A stretch of 37,224 bases of DNA from positions 1 through 37,224 of the forward strand of contig JAHLWH010000268.1 of assembly GCA_019058015.1 (NCBI GenBank). The letters are read 5' to 3'. This document shows positions 10,333 through 19,562 of this stretch, one piece after another (positions within the stretch are counted from its first letter, which is position 1; every line of letters begins with the position of its first letter). Below the pieces are notes generated by a model. That model was not told the DNA's origin and made no database searches. It was given only the letters and a program-made list of their open reading frames with translations. The DNA comes from Promethearchaeota archaeon (GTDB lineage Archaea > Asgardarchaeota > Lokiarchaeia > Sigyniarchaeales > SOKP01). The translations under genes were made by a program, and so were the position numbers.

Positions 10333-11649
10333 TTGTGGGGAAATATCATAAAAAATTCAAATATAAATCTAAATAATCAACTGAAATATTTAATAATAAG
10401 AAACCCATTAGACTTGCAAATAGAAAGAAAAGATATATTTTATCGCGAATCTTATTCCGAAATTATTGATTATATAAAATTTTTATTGAGTTCTGAGGCT
10501 GTATCATCAGAAACTAAAATAAAGAAGATCAAAGGTTCAATTTTAATTGATGCTCCTTATGGCTCTGATATATTAGGGTATATTAAATTGATTGCAAAGA
10601 CATTCACCTTAAAATTTGTAAAGTTAAATTTTCCCGAGATTAGAAAATCTCCTAATGATTTTATATTAAATTTTCCAAATATCTTTGATAATTTGGCTAA
10701 AATTTATGGAGGAGCTAAAAAAGTAGAGCAAGAAGTTAAAGAAAAAGATAAAACTATAGAAAGAGCTTTAAAATTTATATTTGTTGCTGAAAATCAACAA
10801 GAATTATTTCAGAGAACTCAGAAAGATATTCATTTTGATCTATTCGAACACTTATATTATGAGTTAAAAAATAAGATGGAAAATATTAATTTTATCGAGA
10901 ATGGGATTATTTTTATAGGAATAAATCATCAAGAGAATACTTTATGCCAAGCAAGTTTTAAATTATTTGATTTTTATTTAAAAATTCCAACGATCACTGA
11001 AAATGAAAGAATAATTATTTTAGAAAAAATTAGTGAAGAGATATCTGCAAATCAGACTTTTAATGTGGATAAAATTGCTTCCTTAACTGAAGGGTGGGAA
11101 GTAAATGATATAAGGGAATTGATTAAAATCGCATACTTACGGAATGTGGCTAAATTAGATGATTGTGTCAACGATATTACAGAATTAACAGAAAAAATAA
11201 TTGACAGGGGGGAATTTATTCCTTCATATTTGATTTCACTAAATTTTATTCAAAATAAATTAGGGACATTTCAAACTTCTTTAAATTCTTCAATACATCA
11301 ATCGATAAATCAAAATAGAAAGTTTAATATAGAACTTTCAAAAGAAGAATATAGTAAAATTCCAGAACTTGAATCTCAATTAAGAGCTGAAATAGAGAAG
11401 ATTAGATCACAAAGAATATCAAATTTTATGGTACAACAATTATATGAAGATGCAGCGTCAGAAAATTATACAGAGCTCTTAGTTATATTAGATAAGATGA
11501 AAAAGAAAGAACCCCTTGAAGACTACGATCGAAAATTATTAGCTGAATATTCTTTTATTTTGAATGACCCTCCAAATATCGCCTTAATACTGTTAGAAAA
11601 GGCAAAAAAACGAATTGATAATATTAAAAAAGCATTTGGGAAGGAATAG
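10333..11649 (+). CDS. Degenerate (pseudo-ATPase) classic-clade AAA+ protein with a helical C-terminal domain
   Basis: GSILIDAPYGSD (Walker A position, no GKT), FIFVAEN (Walker B position), IIFIGINH, LFDFYLKIPTITENERIIILE and lid IASLTEGWEVNDIRELIKIA, following the Cdc48/PAN/Vps4 layout. Confidence 0.7.
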   Translation: MWGNIIKNSNINLNNQLKYLIIRNPLDLQIERKDIFYRESYSEIIDYIKFLLSSEAVSSETKIKKIKGSILIDAPYGSDILGYIKLIAKTFTLKFVKLNFPEIRKSPNDFILNFPNIFDNLAKIYGGAKKVEQEVKEKDKTIERALKFIFVAENQQELFQRTQKDIHFDLFEHLYYELKNKMENINFIENGIIFIGINHQENTLCQASFKLFDFYLKIPTITENERIIILEKISEEISANQTFNVDKIASLTEGWEVNDIRELIKIAYLRNVAKLDDCVNDITELTEKIIDRGEFIPSYLISLNFIQNKLGTFQTSLNSSIHQSINQNRKFNIELSKEEYSKIPELESQLRAEIEKIRSQRISNFMVQQLYEDAASENYTELLVILDKMKKKEPLEDYDRKLLAEYSFILNDPPNIALILLEKAKKRIDNIKKAFGKE

Positions 11650-11652
11650 AAA

Positions 11653-14600
11653 ATTTCGACAAAAACAATTAAGTCTAGATCATCATCGGACAAATTAAAC
11701 CAAGAGGTTTACATTAAAGAGATTATATTAGAAAATTTTTTAGCTTTTTCTAGAGATAAAGCCGAATTTTCTAAAGGATTTACAATTGTAGTTGGTCCTA
11801 ATTGGTCTGGTAAATCCACAATTTACCAAGGGATAAAGTTTGCTTTAGGTAGCAATGAAAGGGACGAAAGATATACAAAATGGTCCGATTTTATAAGAAC
11901 CGGACAAAACCATGCTCTAATCGAACTTTATATTCAGACACCTGAGAATTTGATTGGAATACGAAGGACTGTACTTAGAGGAAAAGCTCCTTTTTTTGAA
12001 ATTAAGCAAAATAATGAGAAAGAATTCAAAAAAATTAATTCCCTTGAAATAAGAAAGCTTGTAAAATCATTAAATTATAATCCAGATAATCAATTTTCTT
12101 TTGTCAGTCAAGGCAAAATTGATGCGCTTAAAGATATGAAACCTGAAGAATTATGCATTTTCTTAGAGGAAGGAGTGGGCTTAAAAGGATTAAGATATGA
12201 AATTTTAGAGCAAAAAACTCAAGTATTCAATTTACAAGAAAAATTAAAAGCATTAAAAACAGAGCTAAATAGTTGGAATTTTGAATTAAAATTATTGGAC
12301 CCTAAGTTAAAAAGATTAGAAGATAAGCGAATTTTGCTTAAAGACAAAAAAAGCCTAACAGATGAGTTATTATGGGCAAATCGAGAAAAACTAGAAAAAG
12401 AGATTTATATTCTTGAAGAAAATATTAAGAAAATTGCTATTATAATTAATGATTTACAAAAGCAATTAGAAGATTTTACAACGCAAATAAATGAAATTAC
12501 TGAAAAAATTGGAACAATTGAAAAAAATTCAGAAATACTTTATGAGAATATAGGAAAAATAAGGGGTAGAATTTCAGAATTAGAGAAGATTATTCAACAG
12601 TGGAAGATGGAACAACAAAGGATAAAGGTACGCTTAGAGGAATTAGAACAAAATAAAAACAAACTAAAAGGTAAATTAGACAACAATAAGGCTAAAGGAA
12701 ATAAGATCTCAGAAGAATTAAAACTCTCACGCAAGAATATTAAAATACTAGATTCTGCAATCTCTAATATTTTAAAAGAACAAAATGAATTATTGGAAAA
12801 GGTTTCTATTCACAAAGATTTTCTTGAGAGATTTAAGAAGACAAAAGCAGAATTAAGTAAAAAACAAGATGAGCTTATTCAGAATACCCAAAAAATAACA
12901 GAAATTAATGATGAAATTGATATAATTTTCGCTGAATTAAGAGATGTAAAGCATCAATTTGAGCAAAATAAATGGTTTCTTAAAAATAAGGATGAGAATT
13001 TACAAGAAAAGTTAATTAATCAGCGTAATAATTTAGATAATGAAATTCATGATTTAAAGGAACAACTAAGAGAAATAAGAAAGGATTATGATAAAAGAGT
13101 TAATGCTTATAAAAGATTAAATTATTCCATTAGAGAAAAAAGAGTATTCTTACCTCAAAATGTCATAACTTTAAAAGAAGAGATTTACAATAGAAATCTA
13201 AATGCAAAAGGTCCAATAATTGAATTATTACAATATGATGATAAATTGGGGTTTGCAATTGAATCAGTTTTAGGAAAAAAAGTGTTATTTAGTTTTATTG
13301 CAGGCGATTGGAATACGTTTATTCTACTAAAAAAATTGAAAGATAGTTATAATGTTTATTGTAATATATATATACCAAAGGAAGAAAATATTCGTCAATT
13401 TTCAAAATATGAGAAAATTGATGGAGTATTAGGCTATCTCGCAGAATTAATTAAAATTAAGGGCAATGATGAAGATGTAAGGAAATTAATTTATTCTAAA
13501 GTGAAAAATTGTCTTGTAGTAGAAGATTTTACTACAGGAACACTTATGCATAAAAATTACAAATTTAGAGGTAAATGTGTAACATTAAAAGGCGAGCAAA
13601 TCATATCCTATGATTATGTTGTTGAAACACCATACTTAAAGAAATTAGAAGGATTATTAAGTCCTACTAAACAAATGGATCAATTATATCTGTTAGAAAT
13701 GGAAATAAGTAAATTGAATGATGAAAGAAAGAATTTAGAATCTCTAAAAACTAAAATAGATCAAAAATATCGAGAAATTTCCAAGAAAATTAATGCTTTA
13801 CCTACTCTTGAATTATTATTCCGGCAAGAACAAAAACTTTTAAGCAAAAAAGATAATCTCTTTGAAACAAGAAAAAATAAGAACGAATTGAATGATAATA
13901 TTGAAATGCAAATCGATGATTTGGTAAAAAAAGTGGAAACTTTAAAAAAAGAACAAAAACCAGAATTTTTTGAATGGCAGAAGCGTTTAGAAAAGATTCC
14001 AGACGAATTTGATTTAAAAAACAATGAAAAGAAACATTGGTCAAAAATTAATGATGAAAAACAGAAATCATTATCTGAAATTCAAGAAATTATAAATGAA
14101 GAAACCGCTGAATTTACAAAAATAAACATTAGTCATAAAACAACCAAAAAAGAGTTTCAAAGTAGAGATCAAAAGGCATTTGAAGTATTTCAAGAACTAA
14201 CTGGACTTGAAAATCAAATTAAGGATTTAAAAATTCAGAAAGAAAAGTATGAGTTAGATAAAAAGGCTCTAAAGGAAGAAGAAAATAAAATTAAACAAGA
14301 AAATCTTGAGTTTAATTTAAATTATGAAAGAAAACAAGACCAATTGAGTTCGCAACAAAATGATCTCCAATCCAAAATTTTAGATCTAGAAAAAGTAAAT
14401 AAAGAGATTGGTCCAAAAATATTAAGTGAAGAAATAAAAATACGTCCAATTGAAGAAATTGAAAAAAGTCTTCTCGAACTGAATAAAGAATTAATGAAAT
14501 ACGCAGATATTGATGATACTTTAGAAGTAGAAAAAGAGAGAATTATTAAAACACTTAAAAAAATTGCTAAAAATCAAGCGCAAATTCAGAGAGACCTTAT

Positions 14601-15108
14601 TGAAGCAGAAGAAACCGAAAAGAATTTAGAAAATACATATTACAAAAAGTTCAATAAAATTATCAAAAAACTAGAAGATTTAATTAATAAAAAATTTGAA
14701 ATCTCTGAAATTAAAGCTCAGTGTTCAATTGATTTATCGGGTAAATTTGAAAATTTAGGCATAAAAATTAAAGCATCTTTATTAAAAGAACAACTACGAG
14801 AAATAACCGCATTAAGTGGGGGACAACGTTCTATCATTGCAATCTGTTTAATACTTTCTTTACAAGAGTTTAAATCAAGTAGGATAATTGTATTAGATGA
14901 GGCTGAATTATATTTAGATGAAAATAACGCCGAAATCGCCTATAAATTAATAAAGGGCGCAATCCAGATGAATAAAACACAAATAATAATATTTGTGCCA
15001 AAAGCATCTAAATATATTTATTCAATGGCAGATAAACTCATTGGAGTTGCAAGAAATGGAGCAATAGGGCCATCTACGATACTCCAACCTAAGATAATAA
15101 AGACTTAA
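11653..15108 (+). CDS. smc: SMC ATPase, Smc5/6-like (about 1151 aa; inferred non-canonical ATT start)
   Basis: The frame upstream of 11950 encodes VYIKEIILENFLAF...FTIVVGPNWSGKST...WSDFIRTG. Also Q-loop NPDNQFSFVSQGKI, coiled coils, hinge GPIIELL...AIESVLG, LSGGQRS, IVLDEAELYLDENN and QIIIFVPK. Confidence 0.9.
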   Translation: MSTKTIKSRSSSDKLNQEVYIKEIILENFLAFSRDKAEFSKGFTIVVGPNWSGKSTIYQGIKFALGSNERDERYTKWSDFIRTGQNHALIELYIQTPENLIGIRRTVLRGKAPFFEIKQNNEKEFKKINSLEIRKLVKSLNYNPDNQFSFVSQGKIDALKDMKPEELCIFLEEGVGLKGLRYEILEQKTQVFNLQEKLKALKTELNSWNFELKLLDPKLKRLEDKRILLKDKKSLTDELLWANREKLEKEIYILEENIKKIAIIINDLQKQLEDFTTQINEITEKIGTIEKNSEILYENIGKIRGRISELEKIIQQWKMEQQRIKVRLEELEQNKNKLKGKLDNNKAKGNKISEELKLSRKNIKILDSAISNILKEQNELLEKVSIHKDFLERFKKTKAELSKKQDELIQNTQKITEINDEIDIIFAELRDVKHQFEQNKWFLKNKDENLQEKLINQRNNLDNEIHDLKEQLREIRKDYDKRVNAYKRLNYSIREKRVFLPQNVITLKEEIYNRNLNAKGPIIELLQYDDKLGFAIESVLGKKVLFSFIAGDWNTFILLKKLKDSYNVYCNIYIPKEENIRQFSKYEKIDGVLGYLAELIKIKGNDEDVRKLIYSKVKNCLVVEDFTTGTLMHKNYKFRGKCVTLKGEQIISYDYVVETPYLKKLEGLLSPTKQMDQLYLLEMEISKLNDERKNLESLKTKIDQKYREISKKINALPTLELLFRQEQKLLSKKDNLFETRKNKNELNDNIEMQIDDLVKKVETLKKEQKPEFFEWQKRLEKIPDEFDLKNNEKKHWSKINDEKQKSLSEIQEIINEETAEFTKINISHKTTKKEFQSRDQKAFEVFQELTGLENQIKDLKIQKEKYELDKKALKEEENKIKQENLEFNLNYERKQDQLSSQQNDLQSKILDLEKVNKEIGPKILSEEIKIRPIEEIEKSLLELNKELMKYADIDDTLEVEKERIIKTLKKIAKNQAQIQRDLIEAEETEKNLENTYYKKFNKIIKKLEDLINKKFEISEIKAQCSIDLSGKFENLGIKIKASLLKEQLREITALSGGQRSIIAICLILSLQEFKSSRIIVLDEAELYLDENNAEIAYKLIKGAIQMNKTQIIIFVPKASKYIYSMADKLIGVARNGAIGPSTILQPKIIKT

Positions 15109-15125
15109 AAGAAATTTGAATCATT

Positions 15126-15797
15126 ATGGAAAAAAATAACTCCTCTATCCCGTCTATTATTGAAGAAATTCAAGAAATTTTTGATATAATTCATAGAGGG
15201 TCCAAACATGCTCTAAGTGTAGATTTAAACCCCATTTTTCAAAAATTTAAGCGATCCATAACTACACAAAATCTGAACGAGTCTTCCTCTGCATTTAGTA
15301 AGTTATGTAATATTATTGAAACAAAATTTAACGAATTACAGATGTATTTAGCCCTATTTGGTCAAGAAAAGAAATTCCTGACATTTTTAGAATCAAATCC
15401 TTCTGATATTGAAATATTCAATCTATTTAAAGGATGTTGGTATAAACCCTTTAATTTAAATGCATTATCTCTTGATTTTTTAGAGGAATCTAAAGATTCA
15501 CTGGAAAACAGAATAAGAGAAGGTTATATAATCGAAAATCTTGAAATCCCACAAAAAGATGAAAATTTTTTATTAGAAATGCCTTCAAGTTCATTTCAAG
15601 AAATAATTGAAAACTATTTTAATAAAATATCTGAAAAATTACCATGTAATATGGAAGATCTCTTCGAAGATATCGAGAATCAGGAAGAAATATTTGAAAA
15701 ATTTATTATGATTTTACATTTACTTCAAAATGGAAAAATAATGTATCAAAAACAGACAAATTTTATTTATATACCAGAAGGTGGAAAAGATGAATGA
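15126..15797 (+). CDS. Kleisin (ScpA/Nse4-like) subunit
   Basis: N-terminal ALSVDLNPIFQKF...NLNESSSAFSKLCNIIETK and C-terminal winged helix FIMILHLLQNGKIMYQKQTNFIYI resemble ScpA; begins 17 nt after the smc stop. Confidence 0.72.
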   Translation: MEKNNSSIPSIIEEIQEIFDIIHRGSKHALSVDLNPIFQKFKRSITTQNLNESSSAFSKLCNIIETKFNELQMYLALFGQEKKFLTFLESNPSDIEIFNLFKGCWYKPFNLNALSLDFLEESKDSLENRIREGYIIENLEIPQKDENFLLEMPSSSFQEIIENYFNKISEKLPCNMEDLFEDIENQEEIFEKFIMILHLLQNGKIMYQKQTNFIYIPEGGKDE

Positions 15798-16305
15798 AAT
15801 ATCCTTATTGATGTATTTATTGAGTAAAAAAGACCAATTGGATGAGATGGGTTCAACCAAAGAAGAGATATTAGAGAAATTGCAAATTTCTGGGCGAGAG
15901 AAAGGATTTATATTTAAGAAACTATTAATTGAACTTTCTAGATATATATCTCCCTTAGGACTCGAAATCCAATATAATCCGTTAAATACCCATTGGTTCT
16001 TAACCTTTAAATCAGGTATGAGCGATCTGATTTTAGCAAACCCATTTCAAGATAAACCACGATTGGCTGCAACTTTATTTTGTGCAATAATTTTATGCTT
16101 AAAAAGTAATGGTATTGCAAAAATAGAAGAATTAAAGCGATTAAGAAATAAAAAAGATATCCGGGAAGACTTAAAAGATTTAGAAAAGCTAGGTTTTATA
16201 AAAATTTTAAAAAATCATAATGAAATTAATTTAACCCCACTTATTGGGTATTTATTGAACATATCTAAATTATTTATGAAATTATCATTAAAATTAAATG
16301 TTTGA
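15790..16305 (+). CDS. KITE (ScpB/Nse1/Nse3-like) tandem winged-helix subunit
   Basis: About 171 aa; ELSRYISPLGLEIQYNPLNTHWFL and LAATLFCAII...EELKRLR...DLKDLEKLGFI fit WH-A/WH-B; ATG at 15790 follows GGTGG and overlaps the kleisin stop. Confidence 0.68.
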   Translation: MNEISLLMYLLSKKDQLDEMGSTKEEILEKLQISGREKGFIFKKLLIELSRYISPLGLEIQYNPLNTHWFLTFKSGMSDLILANPFQDKPRLAATLFCAIILCLKSNGIAKIEELKRLRNKKDIREDLKDLEKLGFIKILKNHNEINLTPLIGYLLNISKLFMKLSLKLNV

Positions 16306-16406
16306 TCAAGATTGGAGCTAATATTTAATTTTTAAGTAAATTTTAATGAAGAGATCCATTAAATACAGTAATTCTTAAAAACTGTGAATTTTTTTGATAG
16401 ATAATA

Positions 16407-17837
16407 ATGTCTTCCTCAACAACTCAAAAAGAAAGTGAATCAACAAAATATACCGCTCTATTTAAGAAGTTGTGGCCAAATTTCGTCGTGTATAATTTTT
16501 GGGCACTAACTATTTCTTCCTTGTATATAAATACAACAATCGTCTCAAATATAATTTGGACTGGAGAAGAGATTCATGTTGGAGAACTAGGAATTTTATT
16601 TGGATCTGGAACATGGATGATGGGAATTTCAGGTTTGTTTTTTGGTTATTTAGCAGATAGGTTTAATCGCATAAAACTTATGACATTATCTATGATAATG
16701 TTTGGAGTTGGTATGATAATAAATGGATTTAGTCCAGAAGGGCAAGAATCCTTAACTTTTAACTTCTTTTTAGGATGTATTTTATTCAGAAATTTTTTTT
16801 GTGGTGGGTTTTGGCCTATAATTCTCTCATATACAAACGATACTGTAGAAGAATTTGAACGTTCTCGGTTTTTTGGTGCGATAAATGCCACTTTTCAAGT
16901 TTTTCAGATAAGTGGGATGTTAATTTCCACCTTGTTATTTCAAAATCAATTTTGGCGTGAATTTATGTGGGGTATGGGATTGTTATATTTAATTGGAGGT
17001 GTTATGATCTCTCTAAAAGGTATTGAACCTAAGAGAGGGGGTACCAAAAATCAATTAAAAGCAGTTTTATTCGAATCAGGGATCAAATATCAGTATAAAT
17101 TAACAAAAAAAACATTTAGAACTACTATTTTAAAGCCTACTATTTGCATTTTATTTGTTGAGGGTATTTTTATTTCAATGTGTTTCTCATTGGTTGACTT
17201 TCTATTTATAACCTATTTACAATCACCACCTCATAACATTTCTCCCTTTATAACTACTGTATATTTGACTATATTTGGAATTTCTGGTGGCATTTTAGGA
17301 TCTATCGGTTTTTCAAAGCTTTCTGATAGATTGGCAAATAAAAACTTCAAAAATCGCATTTACTTAATTGTTTTTTCAATAGTAATAGTATTTTCAACAT
17401 ATATTTTTTTATTTTTTATTCCAATACAGAGTATGACTCCCGTTCAAGGAAATGATTTAGTGTTTATTATAACTACTCCCGCATTTTGGTTACTTGGCAT
17501 TGGCGCATTTATTTTTCGTTCCATTATAAGTATATATAGTATTAATCAGCCACCACTTATACAAAAAATTAATTTACCTGAAAGTCAAGGAATAATCAGT
17601 TCTTCCAGTCAATTTTTAGATTTTATAGGACTCGGAACAGGACCAATGATAGCTGGTTTAATTTTAGAGTTATATAACCAAAATTATCAAATTACAGTGC
17701 TAATTTCAATGATTATTGGAATTATAGGTGTATTCTTTTGGTTAATAGCAATAAAATGGATTAATAAAGATATTGAAACAATTTCCTCAATACTCAATCA
17801 ACGAGCTGAAGAGATGGCTAGAATTAATGGGAAGTGA
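16407..17837 (+). CDS. Major facilitator superfamily transporter
   Basis: About 12 TM; motif A GYLADRFNR and repeat KLSDRL; ERSRFFG. Confidence 0.9.
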   Translation: MSSSTTQKESESTKYTALFKKLWPNFVVYNFWALTISSLYINTTIVSNIIWTGEEIHVGELGILFGSGTWMMGISGLFFGYLADRFNRIKLMTLSMIMFGVGMIINGFSPEGQESLTFNFFLGCILFRNFFCGGFWPIILSYTNDTVEEFERSRFFGAINATFQVFQISGMLISTLLFQNQFWREFMWGMGLLYLIGGVMISLKGIEPKRGGTKNQLKAVLFESGIKYQYKLTKKTFRTTILKPTICILFVEGIFISMCFSLVDFLFITYLQSPPHNISPFITTVYLTIFGISGGILGSIGFSKLSDRLANKNFKNRIYLIVFSIVIVFSTYIFLFFIPIQSMTPVQGNDLVFIITTPAFWLLGIGAFIFRSIISIYSINQPPLIQKINLPESQGIISSSSQFLDFIGLGTGPMIAGLILELYNQNYQITVLISMIIGIIGVFFWLIAIKWINKDIETISSILNQRAEEMARINGK

Positions 17838-18447
17838 TAATTTTTAATATCATGGCTGCCAAGTTGTCATTATAATCTTCCATACCTTCTAAATGTTCTC
17901 CTACAGTGTTGAAGAAATCCACAATTTCTATTTTTCTTTTTTCAAAGAAAGACTGGATTTTTTCTCTTGCTTCTTTAAGTTTTTTATCTTTTTGAGGTTT
18001 ATTTCCTTTTATTAGGTCACATTTATTAAGACACACATAGATATGTTTAGGAAAGAAACGGACATCATTGAAAAAATCAAATTGCTCATCAATAGAGCGA
18101 TCTAAAGCAAATACAACGATAATTTGTGAAGCGATCCGGCTAATTGTAATAATTCCCATACGAACTACAGCTCTCGCTTTATCACCTCCTGGGGCAAAAA
18201 TCGTATGTGCTTTTTTTGAAGTTTCATCTCTAAAAATAACGCGATTGGGATGTATTGTTTTAGTTTCCTTTTTTTCTGTAGCTTCTCGAGGTAAAGTTGC
18301 CTCACCAGAAAAGTCAGTCTTTACAATTACACATTTTCTTCCACCTTCCAGTGTCTCGAGTTTTTGTTTATTAATATAACTTACAAATAATCTTAAGAGT
18401 GTTGTTTTTCCTACAGAAATATCACCTAATAACCCTAGATTCACCAT
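17824..18447 (-). CDS. Divergent small GTPase (Ras superfamily, MglA-like G3)
   Basis: G1 GDISVGKTT, G2 TKTIHP, G3 region FAPGG (no DxxG Asp), G4 NKCD. Confidence 0.8.
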   Translation of the reverse strand: MVNLGLLGDISVGKTTLLRLFVSYINKQKLETLEGGRKCVIVKTDFSGEATLPREATEKKETKTIHPNRVIFRDETSKKAHTIFAPGGDKARAVVRMGIITISRIASQIIVVFALDRSIDEQFDFFNDVRFFPKHIYVCLNKCDLIKGNKPQKDKKLKEAREKIQSFFEKRKIEIVDFFNTVGEHLEGMEDYNDNLAAMILKIITSH

Positions 18448-18448
18448 C

Positions 18449-19264
18449 TTAATCTTCTTCCTCCTTTAATAATTTATTTAATAGAGTCTCATAATCAGGT
18501 ATTAGATATTGTTCGAGTAGTGCACTATTATGGGCATTAATTAATCCTACAAAAACTTCCTTTAAATTCTTTGAATTTTTAATATATTTTATTATCGTTT
18601 CAGATTCTACTCCAGCTCTTAGTGGTTTTGGTTCAGTATCAAATCCAAAATTTTCACTCGGAGGCAAGGAGTCGAAAAACCCAAATGCAGTGTAGCCTTC
18701 ATAAGCATAATAGCAAAAGAATCGAGATTTAATTGACTGAATAATCCTCGTCATATACACACTTGGATATAACTCTCCAAGGGTCATAGTTCCATCAAAA
18801 GTTATGAGATAATAGGGGCTTATAGGAGATTTTCTTAAGCCAAACATTTCTTGAGGAGGTAAACAAACAAAAGGAATTTTTTCTTCGATAATGGCCCATA
18901 AATCCCATCGTTCAGCATCATTTAAAATTTGTTTAACTTCATCGAAAGCATAGTAAAAATCTTGTTGAAAACTAAGTAGAGAACTTAGATAGACAGATAA
19001 AGAGGCAAAAGTTGCTTCTAATACGGGCTGCTTTTTACTATCTTCGCTAGGTTTTATTGTACCACGCCAGCTTCTTACTGCTGAATATGCAAATCCTTGA
19101 ACATCAAAAAAATTCCCGGAAAGTATTATGAATTGCGGAATTTCTCCTTCCTCATCCTTGAGTAATTCTCTAGTTTTATCTAATAAAGCTATTTCAAGAT
19201 TTATCTCTTTATAGCCAGAATGTAGTTGTGGCATTATCAGCCATTTATATTTCTTTTTTACCAT
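18449..19264 (-). CDS. Hypothetical soluble protein coupled to the GTPase gene
   Basis: 271-aa ORF whose stop lies 1 nt before the GTPase ATG; no confidently recognised family. Confidence 0.75.
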   Translation of the reverse strand: MVKKKYKWLIMPQLHSGYKEINLEIALLDKTRELLKDEEGEIPQFIILSGNFFDVQGFAYSAVRSWRGTIKPSEDSKKQPVLEATFASLSVYLSSLLSFQQDFYYAFDEVKQILNDAERWDLWAIIEEKIPFVCLPPQEMFGLRKSPISPYYLITFDGTMTLGELYPSVYMTRIIQSIKSRFFCYYAYEGYTAFGFFDSLPPSENFGFDTEPKPLRAGVESETIIKYIKNSKNLKEVFVGLINAHNSALLEQYLIPDYETLLNKLLKEEED

Positions 19265-19562
19265 AGATCAAAGCCCCTTCATTAATAATACTATTAAAAT
19301 TTTTGAAGTCTTAAAAATAATACACAAGAATTGTCTAATAAATTTTCTTTTTTTAATAATTTCTTGACTTTACAAGTTATTTTACATTTAGTTTAGAAAA
19401 ATATTATAATTTTGCGTTTAGGACGATAAAATTTCAAAAAATGGATCAAATTCCACCTATGGTAATAAAAATTATAAAAAATATCGCTTTAAATTTAATT
19501 TTGAAAATAAATCTTCTTGCGTTTAGGTTAATTGAGGTAAAATAGCCTTTTTATACCTGCCT

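Noticed and set aside
10325-10337. Palindrome CACAATAATTGTG over the AAA-like start
   Set aside because: A single short palindrome with no second copy noticed; could be chance.
11647-11649. Genome-wide TAG recoding
   Set aside because: TAG ends other genes at their expected C-termini (fni-like, CPBP-like, aor, solenoid-nitrilase), so at most site-specific readthrough is possible.
10333-16305. Wadjet/MksBEFG or Rad50-Mre11 (SbcCD) system
   Set aside because: No Toprim/JetD or Mre11 nuclease nearby; the SMC has a globular hinge rather than a CxxC zinc hook; gene order and subunit sizes fit SMC-kleisin-KITE.
19412-19527. 11-bp direct repeat TTGCGTTTAGG (19412-19422, 19517-19527) in a divergent intergenic region
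   Set aside because: Only two copies with no CRISPR periodicity. It may be a binding site but cannot be supported.
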